Positions 1 through 9,564 of a DNA stretch of 36,429 nucleotides are shown one piece after another. Under the pieces are notes generated by a model. The model saw only the letters and a list, made by a program, of their open reading frames with translations, was not told where the DNA came from and searched no databases. A program made the translations under genes and the position numbers. Within the stretch, counting starts at the first letter, position 1, and every line of letters begins with the position of its first letter. Origin of the DNA: Candidatus Nanohaloarchaea archaeon (GTDB lineage Archaea; Nanohalarchaeota; Nanosalinia; Nanosalinales; Nanosalinaceae); the NCBI GenBank assembly GCA_041640075.1, contig JBEQAY010000007.1, positions 1 through 36,429 on the forward strand, in the 5' to 3' direction.

Positions 1-552
1 GAATGTAGGAATGAACATGGTAGCTGAAACAAGAATTGATGAGGGTGAGAAACTACCTTTCTGAAAGAAGAAAATTGAAAGCACTGGTAAAGTTCCGAGA
101 CCGATCCCAGCGCTTATCTCTCCCAGTAAATTCTTCGCGAAAATATCGGTATACCCTACTACTAGTGTGATGGCACTGATAAAGATACTAGATACGATCC
201 AGGGATCAAACTTAGAACTGAAGAAGGTGAAGATAGGCAGTGACAGTCCCAGTGAAAGCAATGCTACTAAGGCAGCAGATTTATATCCTAAAGTTTCTGA
301 TGATAAGACTTCAGATCCACCACTGAAAGGTGTCTTCTCTGTTTCTGCATCAATACCTGATCTGTAGTCCCTAGCTACGTTTAAGCTATTAACAGATATA
401 TGAAAAAGTAATAAGGTCAGAAACCCTAGTAAGGAGTGAAAAAGATTGAAGATTCCTTCAAATATTGCCAATGAAGTAGCAGTAAAAGTAAGGAGAACAG
501 ATAAAACTAGAAACTTCGCTCTTATGACTTTTGCGTAATCTTTTAGTTTCAT
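1..552 (-). CDS. UbiA-family prenyltransferase, MenA-like (3' end cut off by the window edge)
   Basis: Not in the ORF track; my translation from ATG at 552 gives MKLKDYAKVIRAKFLVLSVLL...NSLNVARDYRSGIDAETEKTPFSGGS...LGEISAGIGLG. It has hydrophobic helices and an N-x-x-x-DYxxGxD first aspartate motif as in MenA/UBIAD1. Confidence 0.8.
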   Translation of the reverse strand, partial: MKLKDYAKVIRAKFLVLSVLLTFTATSLAIFEGIFNLFHSLLGFLTLLLFHISVNSLNVARDYRSGIDAETEKTPFSGGSEVLSSETLGYKSAALVALLSLGLSLPIFTFFSSKFDPWIVSSIFISAITLVVGYTDIFAKNLLGEISAGIGLGTLPVLSIFFFQKGSFSPSSILVSATMFIPTF

Positions 553-565
553 TATTCGGTAAAAA

Positions 566-985
566 CTAAACGATATTCTTTTTCCTCAGCAACTTCTTCA
601 ACGTGTCCGTGACGTTCGCCTCCATGATTTCTTCGGGGGTCATCCACCGGTAATCTGTAAGCCCGTCCTCCTCGACGTGCTCGGTATCCATATCGACTTC
701 GCCACTGAAATCCTCTACCTCGAAGAGGGTTAATGTCACCTGATCTCCTCTGTCGTCGACACCTGTGAAGAAGTGATACATGCCGACAGGTTCTCCAGGT
801 TCAATTTCCAGAGAGGTCTCACCTCTAACCTCCCGTTTCAAGGCCTCCATCGGTGATTCACCGTACTCAAGTCTTCCGCCGGGCGGTATCCAGATAGTTT
901 CATCACCTAGCTCTGCGCCTACGAAGAGGTATTTCCCATCTTTCTCGATAAGTGCCTTTACTGCGGTGTACATTTTGTCAGCCAT
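566..985 (-). CDS. NUDIX hydrolase
   Basis: Nudix box GGRLEYGESPMEALKREVRGETSL (one conserved Glu replaced by Gly). Confidence 0.9.
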   Translation of the reverse strand: MADKMYTAVKALIEKDGKYLFVGAELGDETIWIPPGGRLEYGESPMEALKREVRGETSLEIEPGEPVGMYHFFTGVDDRGDQVTLTLFEVEDFSGEVDMDTEHVEEDGLTDYRWMTPEEIMEANVTDTLKKLLRKKNIV

Positions 986-988
986 GCG

Positions 989-1642
989 TTATTCCCTCCG
1001 CAGGAGCATCTCCACTACAAGCTGCAGGATCTCAACGAAAACTCCCATGTATGCGGTGTAGAGGCCGATGCCGTTGAGGAATGGTTTTCCTGGTCTTGTC
1101 TTGGTCATGTAGATCTGGTGGATCAGGTAGACTACGAAGCCAAGCAGTGCGAGTCCGAAAGCCAGTATAGTGACCGGTGGACTGAAGCTTCCGATTAGGG
1201 AGATCCCCAAGACGCCGAGGAAGATGTAGTTGGCGTATCTGCCCCACTGAGAGAAATCATGATCTGTCCCGAATACTAGGAGCCCGGAGAGAACTGCTAT
1301 GCCTGTGGTGACTGCTCCTGTGATGAGGAGTGCGACTGCCTGAAGATCGACTGGGAGTAAACCGAGGGCGCCGGCTCCGAAAAGCCCGTAGGCTACCTGT
1401 ACGAGCGTAGCTCCTCCAACTGCCATCCCGGTGTTTTCAGATCTTATTCCTTTCTTTGCGATCCATACTCCTCCTGTAAGCATGGCTCCGTAGACAATAA
1501 CTCCTAGAAGGAAGAAACTGCCGAAGAGTAGGTTATTAATCGTGTTTAAAGGTGTGAATGCGAAGATCCACATTACTGCAACGTTCAAAAGTACGAGTCC
1601 CGATGCGATTCCGAGGCTCTTCAGCTGTCCTTCTTCAAACAT
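989..1642 (-). CDS. Multi-pass membrane protein, Bax inhibitor-1/YccA-like
   Basis: About 7 hydrophobic segments and a C-terminal GLYTAYMGVFVEILQL. Start placed at ATG 1642 because TTTAAAA lies about 25 nt upstream; the ORF track starts at 1699. Confidence 0.65.
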   Translation of the reverse strand: MFEEGQLKSLGIASGLVLLNVAVMWIFAFTPLNTINNLLFGSFFLLGVIVYGAMLTGGVWIAKKGIRSENTGMAVGGATLVQVAYGLFGAGALGLLPVDLQAVALLITGAVTTGIAVLSGLLVFGTDHDFSQWGRYANYIFLGVLGISLIGSFSPPVTILAFGLALLGFVVYLIHQIYMTKTRPGKPFLNGIGLYTAYMGVFVEILQLVVEMLLRRE

Positions 1643-1714
1643 ATCCTGTTTTTCCGGCTTGAAGGTTTTAAACTCGCCGGAGGATTCAAAATTCTGCATG
1701 GTGAAAAATCTTCT

Positions 1715-2449
1715 GTGAGAGAAGACGGCAGAAAAGGAAGTTTGATTGTGATAGAGGGTCCTGACGCCTCCGGTAAGGAGACTCAGACCGGCAGGATAGT
1801 GGACTGGCTCAGGAGGGAAAACTTCAGCAAGATAAGTTCTGAACAGGAGGAAGATCTGATTGATCGGATGCCTGGGCGTTACCCTTCTGAAGGAGAAAAA
1901 GTCAAAGACAGCATCCAGGACGGTGTCTGGAGGCTTTCATTCCCTACATACAGTCAGACTCCTGGAGGACGTGTAGTGGAGGCCTACCTGAACGGTGATT
2001 TTGGTGAAAGAGACGAACTTGATGTTGAAACCATTGTGGATATCTATGCAGCCGACAGAAAGCAGTTCAAGGAACTTATAGCTGAATACCTGGACAAAGG
2101 AGGGATTATAGTCTGCGACAGGTATAGAGAAGCAAACTTGATCCACCAGCTCGTTGATTTCTCCGGAGAGGAATGGGGGGAGAAATTTGAGTACATAAAG
2201 TCTGTTGACGAGGATCTTCCGGATGCGGACCGTGTTTTCTACCTTGATATCTCTCCTGAAGAAGCTGCGAGAAGGATGAGCGACAAGGACAAAGATATAC
2301 ATGAGCTTGACGATGATTATCTTCGTGAATCCAATGCTAACGGAAGTAAGGTCGCGGAACATGAAGGCTGGAGCATCGTTGATGGAGAAAGAGAGATGGG
2401 AGAGGTTACATCTGATCTCAAGTCTAAAGTGAGGAAAGTACTGGGCTGA
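1715..2449 (+). CDS. tmk: Thymidylate kinase
   Basis: P-loop IEGPDASGKET, SFPxY, CDRY, LPDADRVFYLDISPE, DIHE. Confidence 0.9.
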   Translation: MREDGRKGSLIVIEGPDASGKETQTGRIVDWLRRENFSKISSEQEEDLIDRMPGRYPSEGEKVKDSIQDGVWRLSFPTYSQTPGGRVVEAYLNGDFGERDELDVETIVDIYAADRKQFKELIAEYLDKGGIIVCDRYREANLIHQLVDFSGEEWGEKFEYIKSVDEDLPDADRVFYLDISPEEAARRMSDKDKDIHELDDDYLRESNANGSKVAEHEGWSIVDGEREMGEVTSDLKSKVRKVLG

Positions 2450-2492
2450 CCATAACTGTTAAGTTGCGCTTCACCAGTTAAATTGGTATAGA

Positions 2493-3059
2493 ATGTCCGA
2501 AGAAGATTCCATACAGGAGACTAACTCCGGCCTGAAGAAGCGGGGAGACATAAAGGAAGTGGCAAAATTCTCAAAGGAAGTTGAAAATGTATTACAGGAT
2601 GCAGGGGTAAAAAAGAACTCTATCAAGGAATTCAGGGAATGGAGGCCTAAGGAAGAGGATGATGAAGGAGATATAGCGGAAAAAACAGTTGAAGAAGCAT
2701 CTATGTCGGAAAAAAGTATAGAGAAGGAGTCAAACGGAGTTAAAGAAGATCTTTCGGAAGCTAAAGAAGCCACGAAGAAAGCAGGGAACAAAGTCAAGAA
2801 CGGCGATAATCCGGGTAACGAGATCAAAAAGACATCTAAATCCCTATTACGACCTGTACTCTCCGAATCTGTAAAATTTGCCAGAAGTTTCGAGAAAGAG
2901 ATATACTCCAAACTTATGGTGAAGTTCAATCCTTATTTCTTCGATTCAAAGGATTTCTCAGCTGATCTAAAGTCCAAGAAAGGAGAGTATACCATGGAGG
3001 TTAACGTGCCGGATGAAAGCTACAGAAATAAACTGAAGTCGATGATAAGGACCGATTAA
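2493..3059 (+). CDS. Conserved haloarchaeal-type protein (DUF5828-like)
   Basis: SG.K.RGD, EWRPK, EKT.E.AS and PYFFD motifs recalled from a haloarchaeal family; 3 nt upstream of the PiT gene. Confidence 0.6.
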   Translation: MSEEDSIQETNSGLKKRGDIKEVAKFSKEVENVLQDAGVKKNSIKEFREWRPKEEDDEGDIAEKTVEEASMSEKSIEKESNGVKEDLSEAKEATKKAGNKVKNGDNPGNEIKKTSKSLLRPVLSESVKFARSFEKEIYSKLMVKFNPYFFDSKDFSADLKSKKGEYTMEVNVPDESYRNKLKSMIRTD

Positions 3060-3062
3060 CTG

Positions 3063-4004
3063 ATGGAGATTGTAACAATTTTTGCTCTTGTCGCAGCAGT
3101 CTTTATGGGTATATCTATAGGCGCATCAAGCGTAGCGCCTTCTTTTGCACCAGTAAACTCTTCTGGTAAATCCAGTGTGATGCGTCTTGCGCTGCTTGCT
3201 GGATTTTTTGCTTTTGTAGGTTCAGTTGTCCAGGGTCAGAACGTGGCAGAAACAGTCGGGACAGGTATACTTTTCGGCCAGATAACCACTCTGCAGGCTG
3301 CGTCTATACTTCTTATAGGGGCAGGACTTGTCATAATAAGTGTCTTAACAGATTATCCGATGCCTACAGCCTTTACAGTAGTTGGAGCAGTTATAGGAAG
3401 CGGGATAGGTTTCGGTAATTCACTGAACTTTCTTGAAATCCTGAAGGTGATAGGCTTCTGGGTCGGTACACCTGTTTTTGCATTGGTCGCTGCTTACCTC
3501 CTCGCAAGGTTGCTCAGGAGCTTGATTCCCGAGGAAGGTTCTGAAAAAACACTGAACTATCTACTACTTCTTTCAGGTTCCTACGTGGCATACACTGCAG
3601 GTGCTGCGTCTGTAGGTCTTGCAGTTGGACCTCTTCAAGGTACAGGTATATCCTCTTTCTCATTACTGTTTCTCGGAGGGGTTTCTATCTTACTGGGAGC
3701 CTGGCTGATCTCTCCACGGATTATTAAGGCGGTTGCATATGATTACTCGAATATAGGTCCCAGGCGTTCGGTTGCAGCGCTGGCATCTTCCGGTCTGCTT
3801 GCGCAGATAGGTATACAGCTGGGTGCGCCGGTTTCGTTTAACCTGGCGATCGTCGCAGCAGTTATAGGGAGCGGACTGGTTGAAGGTCGTGGGAATGTGG
3901 GGAAGAGTAAGACTCTGAGAACTGTTGGAGCATGGATAGGCTCCTTCCTTCTTTCGATAGCCCTGACTGCGTTGATAGGCTTTGGTGTTACGGCTGGTCT
4001 CTGA
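3063..4004 (+). CDS. Inorganic phosphate transporter, PiT family
   Basis: GASSVAPSFA and GAASVGLAVG signature-like repeats, VAETVGTGI, YPMPTAFTVVGAVIG, APVSFNLAIVAAVIGSG. Confidence 0.85.
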   Translation: MEIVTIFALVAAVFMGISIGASSVAPSFAPVNSSGKSSVMRLALLAGFFAFVGSVVQGQNVAETVGTGILFGQITTLQAASILLIGAGLVIISVLTDYPMPTAFTVVGAVIGSGIGFGNSLNFLEILKVIGFWVGTPVFALVAAYLLARLLRSLIPEEGSEKTLNYLLLLSGSYVAYTAGAASVGLAVGPLQGTGISSFSLLFLGGVSILLGAWLISPRIIKAVAYDYSNIGPRRSVAALASSGLLAQIGIQLGAPVSFNLAIVAAVIGSGLVEGRGNVGKSKTLRTVGAWIGSFLLSIALTALIGFGVTAGL

Positions 4005-4042
4005 ATCTCCGGTAAAAACGTCAGCCTCCTCAACTTTCTGTC

Positions 4043-5746
4043 TCAGATGTTTTTCAGGTCTTCCCTGACCTTCCTGCATTCTTTCTGGAGGGTTTCAAGT
4101 CTATCTACAAGTCTGTTTACTGTCTGAACTTCCTCCTGCTCCAGTTCCCTGACGCCAATACTGTAGCCCTGATGGCTTATCTCCGACATCTCCTCTATGC
4201 TTTTATCCCTCTCTTCCTCTACACGGATTTTCAGTTCCTCCAGGTCTCTGATATCCTCTTTAAGTTCTTTCAGCTCTGTTTTCCCTGGTCTGGCTTTTTC
4301 TTTTATCTTTTCCAGTTCAGCAGCCGGGTCAGGATCTTCGGGGAGGTTTTCTACTACCTCGTAGATCTGATCAAGCTCTAGATGGTCTTTTTTCTCTATC
4401 TTCCGGATTTTTTTCAGGTCTTTCTTGACTCTGCGTTCTATCTGGTGCAGCTTGGATCTGCGCTCTCCTTCCTCCTCAAGATAGTTTTTGAACTCCTGCT
4501 GGCCCATTTCCTGATCCACAGCTTCCTTCAGGATATCGTTTACCTTGTCGACCAATTCATGGTAGTGAAAATCCTTGTAATGCTCCAGTTCATCCATGAA
4601 ACCCCTGATATCACTGATCAGAGGATTTATTTCGTTTTCTATAACCTGGTTGACCTCCTTGATCTCCTGCTGAAGCTCTACAGGTATGTAGTGCCGCAGG
4701 ACTCCTTTCTTCGTGATTGTGCCGTTTTCCTCCTTGCATTTATTTACTGCTTTTATCTCCTCCTCTATCAGCCAGTCAACCAGGTGAAAATTTTTTGAGT
4801 CGTAGAGATCATTTGACTGTATCTTCTCCGCGGCTCTGAGTTTCATGAACTCCACAATCACATAGATATCTTCGGAGGCGCCGCTGTAGTACCGGTTATC
4901 GTATCCTGCATATTTTTCCGGACTGTTCTCAAACTTCAGTCCCTCGAGTCTATATTTCGAGCGAATACCCTTCTCGTCAAACCCTGCAGCTTCAAGGTAC
5001 CGGCTGATGAACTGTGCTGTAGCCTCGTTGAATGCTATGTCTTTTTCAGGGGTGTTTTCTCTGATGTAAGCATGTGAAAACTCGTGGGTGTACGTGTAGA
5101 AGAAATCAAGTCTGCTCTGGTTTTTGTAGTGTGCGGTCCTCAGGTTGAACTGCTCCGGAAACTTCTTCAGTTTCTCCAGGAGCTCGGGATCAACCTCCAT
5201 CTCCTCCTTTTCCAGGTCTTTCTCGATCCTGCTTTCTACCTTGGGAATATCCTCTTTAGGGAAATAGTACATACAGAGTAGGTTCATGCCGTGAATTACC
5301 TCTCCACTTGGTTCTGGTGAAACTGCGAATCCTTCAGTCCTGTCGGCTTTCTCCCAGTACTCCATGCTTTCCCTTATCGAGGAGATGACGTTTGCAGTGG
5401 AAAGCCTCATAGACTCGTTTCTTCCGCTGTAGACTTCTGCAGGGTTTTCTTTGCCGTTGACGAGGTAGAGATACTGGTAGATCTCTAGGAAAGTTGCTAT
5501 ATCAAAGTAAAAATCTGTATCTGAAGGTGTGAGCTCTTCGTCTATCTCTTCGGCTGCGCTCCTGATGTCTCTGAAGTGTTTCGATGTTCCGATCACCTCT
5601 CGGTAGTTGGATATCGAGTCCGGGGTGGTTTCGGGGCTGACCTTCATGGAGAAGATTCTGGCGTCCTCGAGAATATCTTTTTTGTACGAGTCAACGGTCT
5701 GAGCCGTCTTCTCGATTGCCTCGATCACACCAAGTTTTTCAGGCAT
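4043..5746 (-). CDS. Hypothetical protein with HEXXH zinc-metallopeptidase motif and C-terminal coiled coil
   Basis: 567-aa ORF; YTHEFSHAYIRE followed by AFNEATAQF (gluzincin-like third ligand); E/K-rich heptads in the C-terminal third. Confidence 0.7.
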   Translation of the reverse strand: MPEKLGVIEAIEKTAQTVDSYKKDILEDARIFSMKVSPETTPDSISNYREVIGTSKHFRDIRSAAEEIDEELTPSDTDFYFDIATFLEIYQYLYLVNGKENPAEVYSGRNESMRLSTANVISSIRESMEYWEKADRTEGFAVSPEPSGEVIHGMNLLCMYYFPKEDIPKVESRIEKDLEKEEMEVDPELLEKLKKFPEQFNLRTAHYKNQSRLDFFYTYTHEFSHAYIRENTPEKDIAFNEATAQFISRYLEAAGFDEKGIRSKYRLEGLKFENSPEKYAGYDNRYYSGASEDIYVIVEFMKLRAAEKIQSNDLYDSKNFHLVDWLIEEEIKAVNKCKEENGTITKKGVLRHYIPVELQQEIKEVNQVIENEINPLISDIRGFMDELEHYKDFHYHELVDKVNDILKEAVDQEMGQQEFKNYLEEEGERRSKLHQIERRVKKDLKKIRKIEKKDHLELDQIYEVVENLPEDPDPAAELEKIKEKARPGKTELKELKEDIRDLEELKIRVEEERDKSIEEMSEISHQGYSIGVRELEQEEVQTVNRLVDRLETLQKECRKVREDLKNI

Positions 5747-5857
5747 AACAGCGTTCAGTTCTGGAGATTTAATGCGTTTTCTGTGCCCAGATTTTTCGAG
5801 ATGTCTCCGGTCGATAGACTCTGAAGGTTTTTACTTCTGGCAGATCCATAACTGGAT

Positions 5858-6514
5858 ATGCTGAAGCAGAGTGAACTGGAGAAGCTCCGTGAGCGCCTGA
5901 AGCAGGAGTTCTCCGGTTACTACGAGAAGTCTGGAGGCAGGAACTACCGTTACCATCACCTGGAATCTACACGCAAGCACGTCCTGAGGATCATGGAGTC
6001 TGAAGATGTTTCCAATCTTGACTTCGACGAAGAAGTTGCAGAGGTGGCGGCGCTTTTCCATGACATCGGCAGGAAAGAGGATATAGAGGACGGTGAAATG
6101 GATCCGTTTGAAGGCCATGAGGGACATGCCGAGAGAGGTGCCCAGATAGTCCACGAATACACGCAGGATGTGATTGGTAAAAATAAATCGGAGAAGATCA
6201 GGAAAGTCGTCGGAAACCATCACTCAGAGCCAGAAACTGTTGAAGGAAAGATTGTCCAGGACGCAGATTTGCTTACAAACTACGGTGTATCCGATCTTTG
6301 GAGGATGATACATTTCTCATCTGAAGAGGAAAGAACTATGCAGGAAGCCTTCGAGTACTTCTGGGATACACATGTTCCGCAGTACCTGGAGAAGCTGGTG
6401 GAGTTCCACTTTGGAGTTTCAAGGAAGTGGGCCCGTGAACGCCTTATCAGGCATCAGGAAACGGTCCAACAAATGGAAGAAGAGTTCGACGCAGAGGACA
6501 GATCAACGTTTTAA
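5858..6514 (+). CDS. HD-domain phosphohydrolase
   Basis: RYHH...AALFHDIGR...HAERGA...NHH...IVQDADLL. Confidence 0.9.
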   Translation: MLKQSELEKLRERLKQEFSGYYEKSGGRNYRYHHLESTRKHVLRIMESEDVSNLDFDEEVAEVAALFHDIGRKEDIEDGEMDPFEGHEGHAERGAQIVHEYTQDVIGKNKSEKIRKVVGNHHSEPETVEGKIVQDADLLTNYGVSDLWRMIHFSSEEERTMQEAFEYFWDTHVPQYLEKLVEFHFGVSRKWARERLIRHQETVQQMEEEFDAEDRSTF

Positions 6515-6539
6515 GAAGAAAGAAACCTCTTACTACACC

Positions 6540-6974
6540 ATGCTGATCAGGGAATTTAGGTTGATATCTGCACTGAAGATAATGATTGTAGGCACGATAG
6601 CAGGAATATCAGCATTCATGTTTGCACCTTTTGTCCTGATGGGGCATCTGACCTCTTTTGCAGCATCTTTTGCAGGAGTAGCGATATCACTCCCTGTACT
6701 GCTGTATTTCCTTAAAGTCCCGGAAGCACCCTTCAACTTTGAAGACTACTGGAGTGAAAGAGGCATAGGAGGGACGGTACTGGATTCGGTACTTACTGTG
6801 CTTGTCGCCATGGCTCCTGGCATAGTTGTGCTCTATGGTTTACTTAGCTACAGTATCTTTGATCCTGTGCCTGTAGCTTCATCGACTGCAGTTGCAGTAT
6901 TCACAGGTTACTCTGCATTCCTTTACAGGAACAGAGCATTCTACACTGAAGACAAGATAGATATAGAGCTGTAG
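6540..6974 (+). CDS. Hypothetical membrane protein (about 4 TM)
   Basis: Hydrophobic helices; start taken as ATG 6540 because the track's upstream extension overlaps the HD gene. Confidence 0.7.
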   Translation: MLIREFRLISALKIMIVGTIAGISAFMFAPFVLMGHLTSFAASFAGVAISLPVLLYFLKVPEAPFNFEDYWSERGIGGTVLDSVLTVLVAMAPGIVVLYGLLSYSIFDPVPVASSTAVAVFTGYSAFLYRNRAFYTEDKIDIEL

Positions 6975-7017
6975 AAAAATTTCTCTCTTCTCTATTAAAG
7001 CTAAGAATTGAGTGTTT

Positions 7018-8916
7018 TCAGTTGTTTATATCTGATTTACCTGGTGGTAGAGATCTGATGATGTAATCCAGATCCAGAGACCTCTCCAGGCGGCTCTGTA
7101 TCTCTTTTGCAAGCGCTGATTTTTTTGTGTGGCCGGGAACCAGTTCTAGTGCGTCTTCACAGTGTTCCTTGACCGCGTCTTCGGGTCCGACCATTGGAAC
7201 AAATTTTTCTTCCTCTATCTGGTAAGGCCCGATCCAGGCCTCCACGGAAACATTTCTCATGTACTCCCTTTCGCCGCGGATGACGAAAGCTCCTTTCTCA
7301 AGGTACTCACCGGATTCAGGGTTCTGTGTTACCTGATCCGGATCTACGTAAAAGGCTGTATCGGCTCCTATACCTGCTTTCCAGGTCTTTGAGAACGTTA
7401 CTGCTGCCTTTGCTGCTTCCATATATGTGTCCTCTCCAGCCTCCTGTCCGTCCTTAACAACTACGCTGGGTGCGCCGTCAAAGTCTGCATGGAAGTACAT
7501 GTCATTCGAGTCCATGTGCTTTTTCACGAGCATATCGTTTGTCTGAGCATCTCTTCCTATCAGGACTAGGTAGTCTTCGGATGAGTAGAACCAGCGGTAC
7601 TTCTCGAACCACTGTTTCTTTCTCTTCTGGGTTTTGTCCTCGAGAACTTCTTCTGTATTGATCTCCTCTTTTTCTAGCTCTTCAAGCTCCGCTTTGGTTT
7701 CTTCAAGCGCTTCCTCAGCGCTTTCGATCTTTCTCTCTGATTCCTTGGCTTTATCGTAGTACTGGGAAGCAGTGGCTTCAAGATCCTGGAAAAGATACAC
7801 TTTGAGATTTTCCTCTCCTATATCCACTGAAATAAATTCTTCCTGTTCATTCAATGTGGAGACACGCTCTGCGTCCTCACTTTCTGCTTCTTCAAGTTTT
7901 TCCTCTGTTTCCGCCCAGCTTTCTTCCTCAATACTTTCCTCAATCTGTCGTTTAATCCTGTCAAGCAGACGGTAGTTCTCGTATATTTTCTCTGCTTTCT
8001 CCCGGTTCTGCTCTGCAGATTTCTTCAGGCCCTGTATTTTTCTCTCCTGCTGTTCTTTCTGTCTTTCTATGCCTTGCTTCTCCTCCTGGTATGCTTCCTC
8101 TTTCTCACGCTTATCCTCTAGAGCCTTCTTCCTGTAGTAGTATTCATCAATGGCTTCAGAGAACTTATCGAACTCCAGAGTCTCACTGTCCGCGTATTTC
8201 TCCAGTGGGAAAGGTGAAGCCCTTACAGGTTCCTCTCCGTCCATGTAGAGGACTGGTTCCGGATCCTCGGCGGAGTCAAGCATTTCCTGAATCTCTTCTG
8301 AGATCAGTTCTTTCCTCTGCTTGTCAAGGTCCTCTATCTCCGTGGTTTTATTCAGGTTCGCTCTTTTCAGGACTTCCTCTGCATACGTGCCTCCGAAGCT
8401 CAGCTTTGATGCTATCTCCCGTACGATTTCTCCTTCTTCGATTACTTCAAAGAAGTCGTCCAGCTCCCGTGGATCGGTCGTGGCTTCAGGGTATTCGTAT
8501 TCAAGACCTACACGGATCTCCCGGTCTGCCCACTCCTCCTCTCTAAGTGCTCCGATTATCTTTCCATCCTTTGTAAGTATGAAGTTGCCTTTTCCGAAAA
8601 GTTCGCAGATCAGTTTTGTATCTCCGCTTTTCAGTTCCAGTATACGGTCGAAACCTCTCTGCTTTATCTCTTCAACGTGGCCCAGATGTTTCCTGAGCTC
8701 CATGCAGAAACCTGGCGGCCTTGTCGGGTTATCACGCTTGTATTTTGACAGGAAGATGCGGTCTGTGCCTATAACCAGCCTTTCTTTTCCTTCCCCAGGC
8801 ACGTAGACTTCAATGGTAAGTTCCTCTCCTCTCTGATAGACTTTCTGCACATGTCCGTCCTCTAACTCTGAGAACTCATTTATCAGGATGGAAAGATCCA
8901 GGCTGGTAAGTTCCAT
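7018..8916 (-). CDS. rqcH: Ribosome quality-control protein RqcH/Rqc2 (NEMF/NFACT family)
   Basis: FCMELRKHL, FDRI, ELFGKGN, WFEKYRWF, GRDAQTND, FHADFDGA, SGEYLEKGAFVIRGER. Confidence 0.92.
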   Translation of the reverse strand: MELTSLDLSILINEFSELEDGHVQKVYQRGEELTIEVYVPGEGKERLVIGTDRIFLSKYKRDNPTRPPGFCMELRKHLGHVEEIKQRGFDRILELKSGDTKLICELFGKGNFILTKDGKIIGALREEEWADREIRVGLEYEYPEATTDPRELDDFFEVIEEGEIVREIASKLSFGGTYAEEVLKRANLNKTTEIEDLDKQRKELISEEIQEMLDSAEDPEPVLYMDGEEPVRASPFPLEKYADSETLEFDKFSEAIDEYYYRKKALEDKREKEEAYQEEKQGIERQKEQQERKIQGLKKSAEQNREKAEKIYENYRLLDRIKRQIEESIEEESWAETEEKLEEAESEDAERVSTLNEQEEFISVDIGEENLKVYLFQDLEATASQYYDKAKESERKIESAEEALEETKAELEELEKEEINTEEVLEDKTQKRKKQWFEKYRWFYSSEDYLVLIGRDAQTNDMLVKKHMDSNDMYFHADFDGAPSVVVKDGQEAGEDTYMEAAKAAVTFSKTWKAGIGADTAFYVDPDQVTQNPESGEYLEKGAFVIRGEREYMRNVSVEAWIGPYQIEEEKFVPMVGPEDAVKEHCEDALELVPGHTKKSALAKEIQSRLERSLDLDYIIRSLPPGKSDINN

Positions 8917-8953
8917 GAAAAAAGTTTGAGAGGTGAGTTACAAAAAGCCGCGG

Positions 8954-9508
8954 TCAAAGCAACGCTCTTGGATGCTGATCCTCTTCCTCTTCAGTGGTTT
9001 CCTCATCTTCTTCCGGTTTCTCAGGATCTGCCCTCTGCTTGAACTCGTCCAGGGACTCTATGTCAAAGTAGTCAAGGAAGAAGTCTGTCACATCAAGGAT
9101 AGCTGTACGTCCATCCTTCTCCTTGTCAACGAAACCACGGTTCACAAGCTCCTTTACGTGCTGGTAGGCTCGGTTACCCCGGATCTCGATAAGATCAGCC
9201 TGTTCAAGAGGAGCATTGTAGGCTACCAGGCTCAAGGTTCTCAACTGACCTTCATTAAGGTCCTGATGAGGTGCAAGATGGGATACATGTTCTAGGTGAC
9301 CCTTCTTAACCTTTAGTTCGTAGCCATTCTCCGTCTCGATAAGCTCAAGGCCTCTGTGGTCTTCATCAAGGTCTTCCTGGTACTCTTCGATTAATTCCTC
9401 GATGAAACCCATGCTTCCAAGGTTCAAAATGTCTGATATCTCGTCCTTCTCCACAGGTTCTTCTGCTAGGAAAAGCGCTGACTCCAGTCTTGCCTTTTTT
9501 TCTTCCAC
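8954..9508 (-). CDS. scpB: SMC-Scp complex subunit ScpB
   Basis: LESALF, LRTLSLVAYNAP, IRGNRAYQH, TDFFLDYF; GTG start with SD-like GAAGTGA. Confidence 0.92.
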   Translation of the reverse strand: MEEKKARLESALFLAEEPVEKDEISDILNLGSMGFIEELIEEYQEDLDEDHRGLELIETENGYELKVKKGHLEHVSHLAPHQDLNEGQLRTLSLVAYNAPLEQADLIEIRGNRAYQHVKELVNRGFVDKEKDGRTAILDVTDFFLDYFDIESLDEFKQRADPEKPEEDEETTEEEEDQHPRALL

Positions 9509-9564
9509 TCAAAAATCACTTCTGCCTGTTTCTGTTCTTCTGAGGTTTTTAGTTTTCATAGTAT

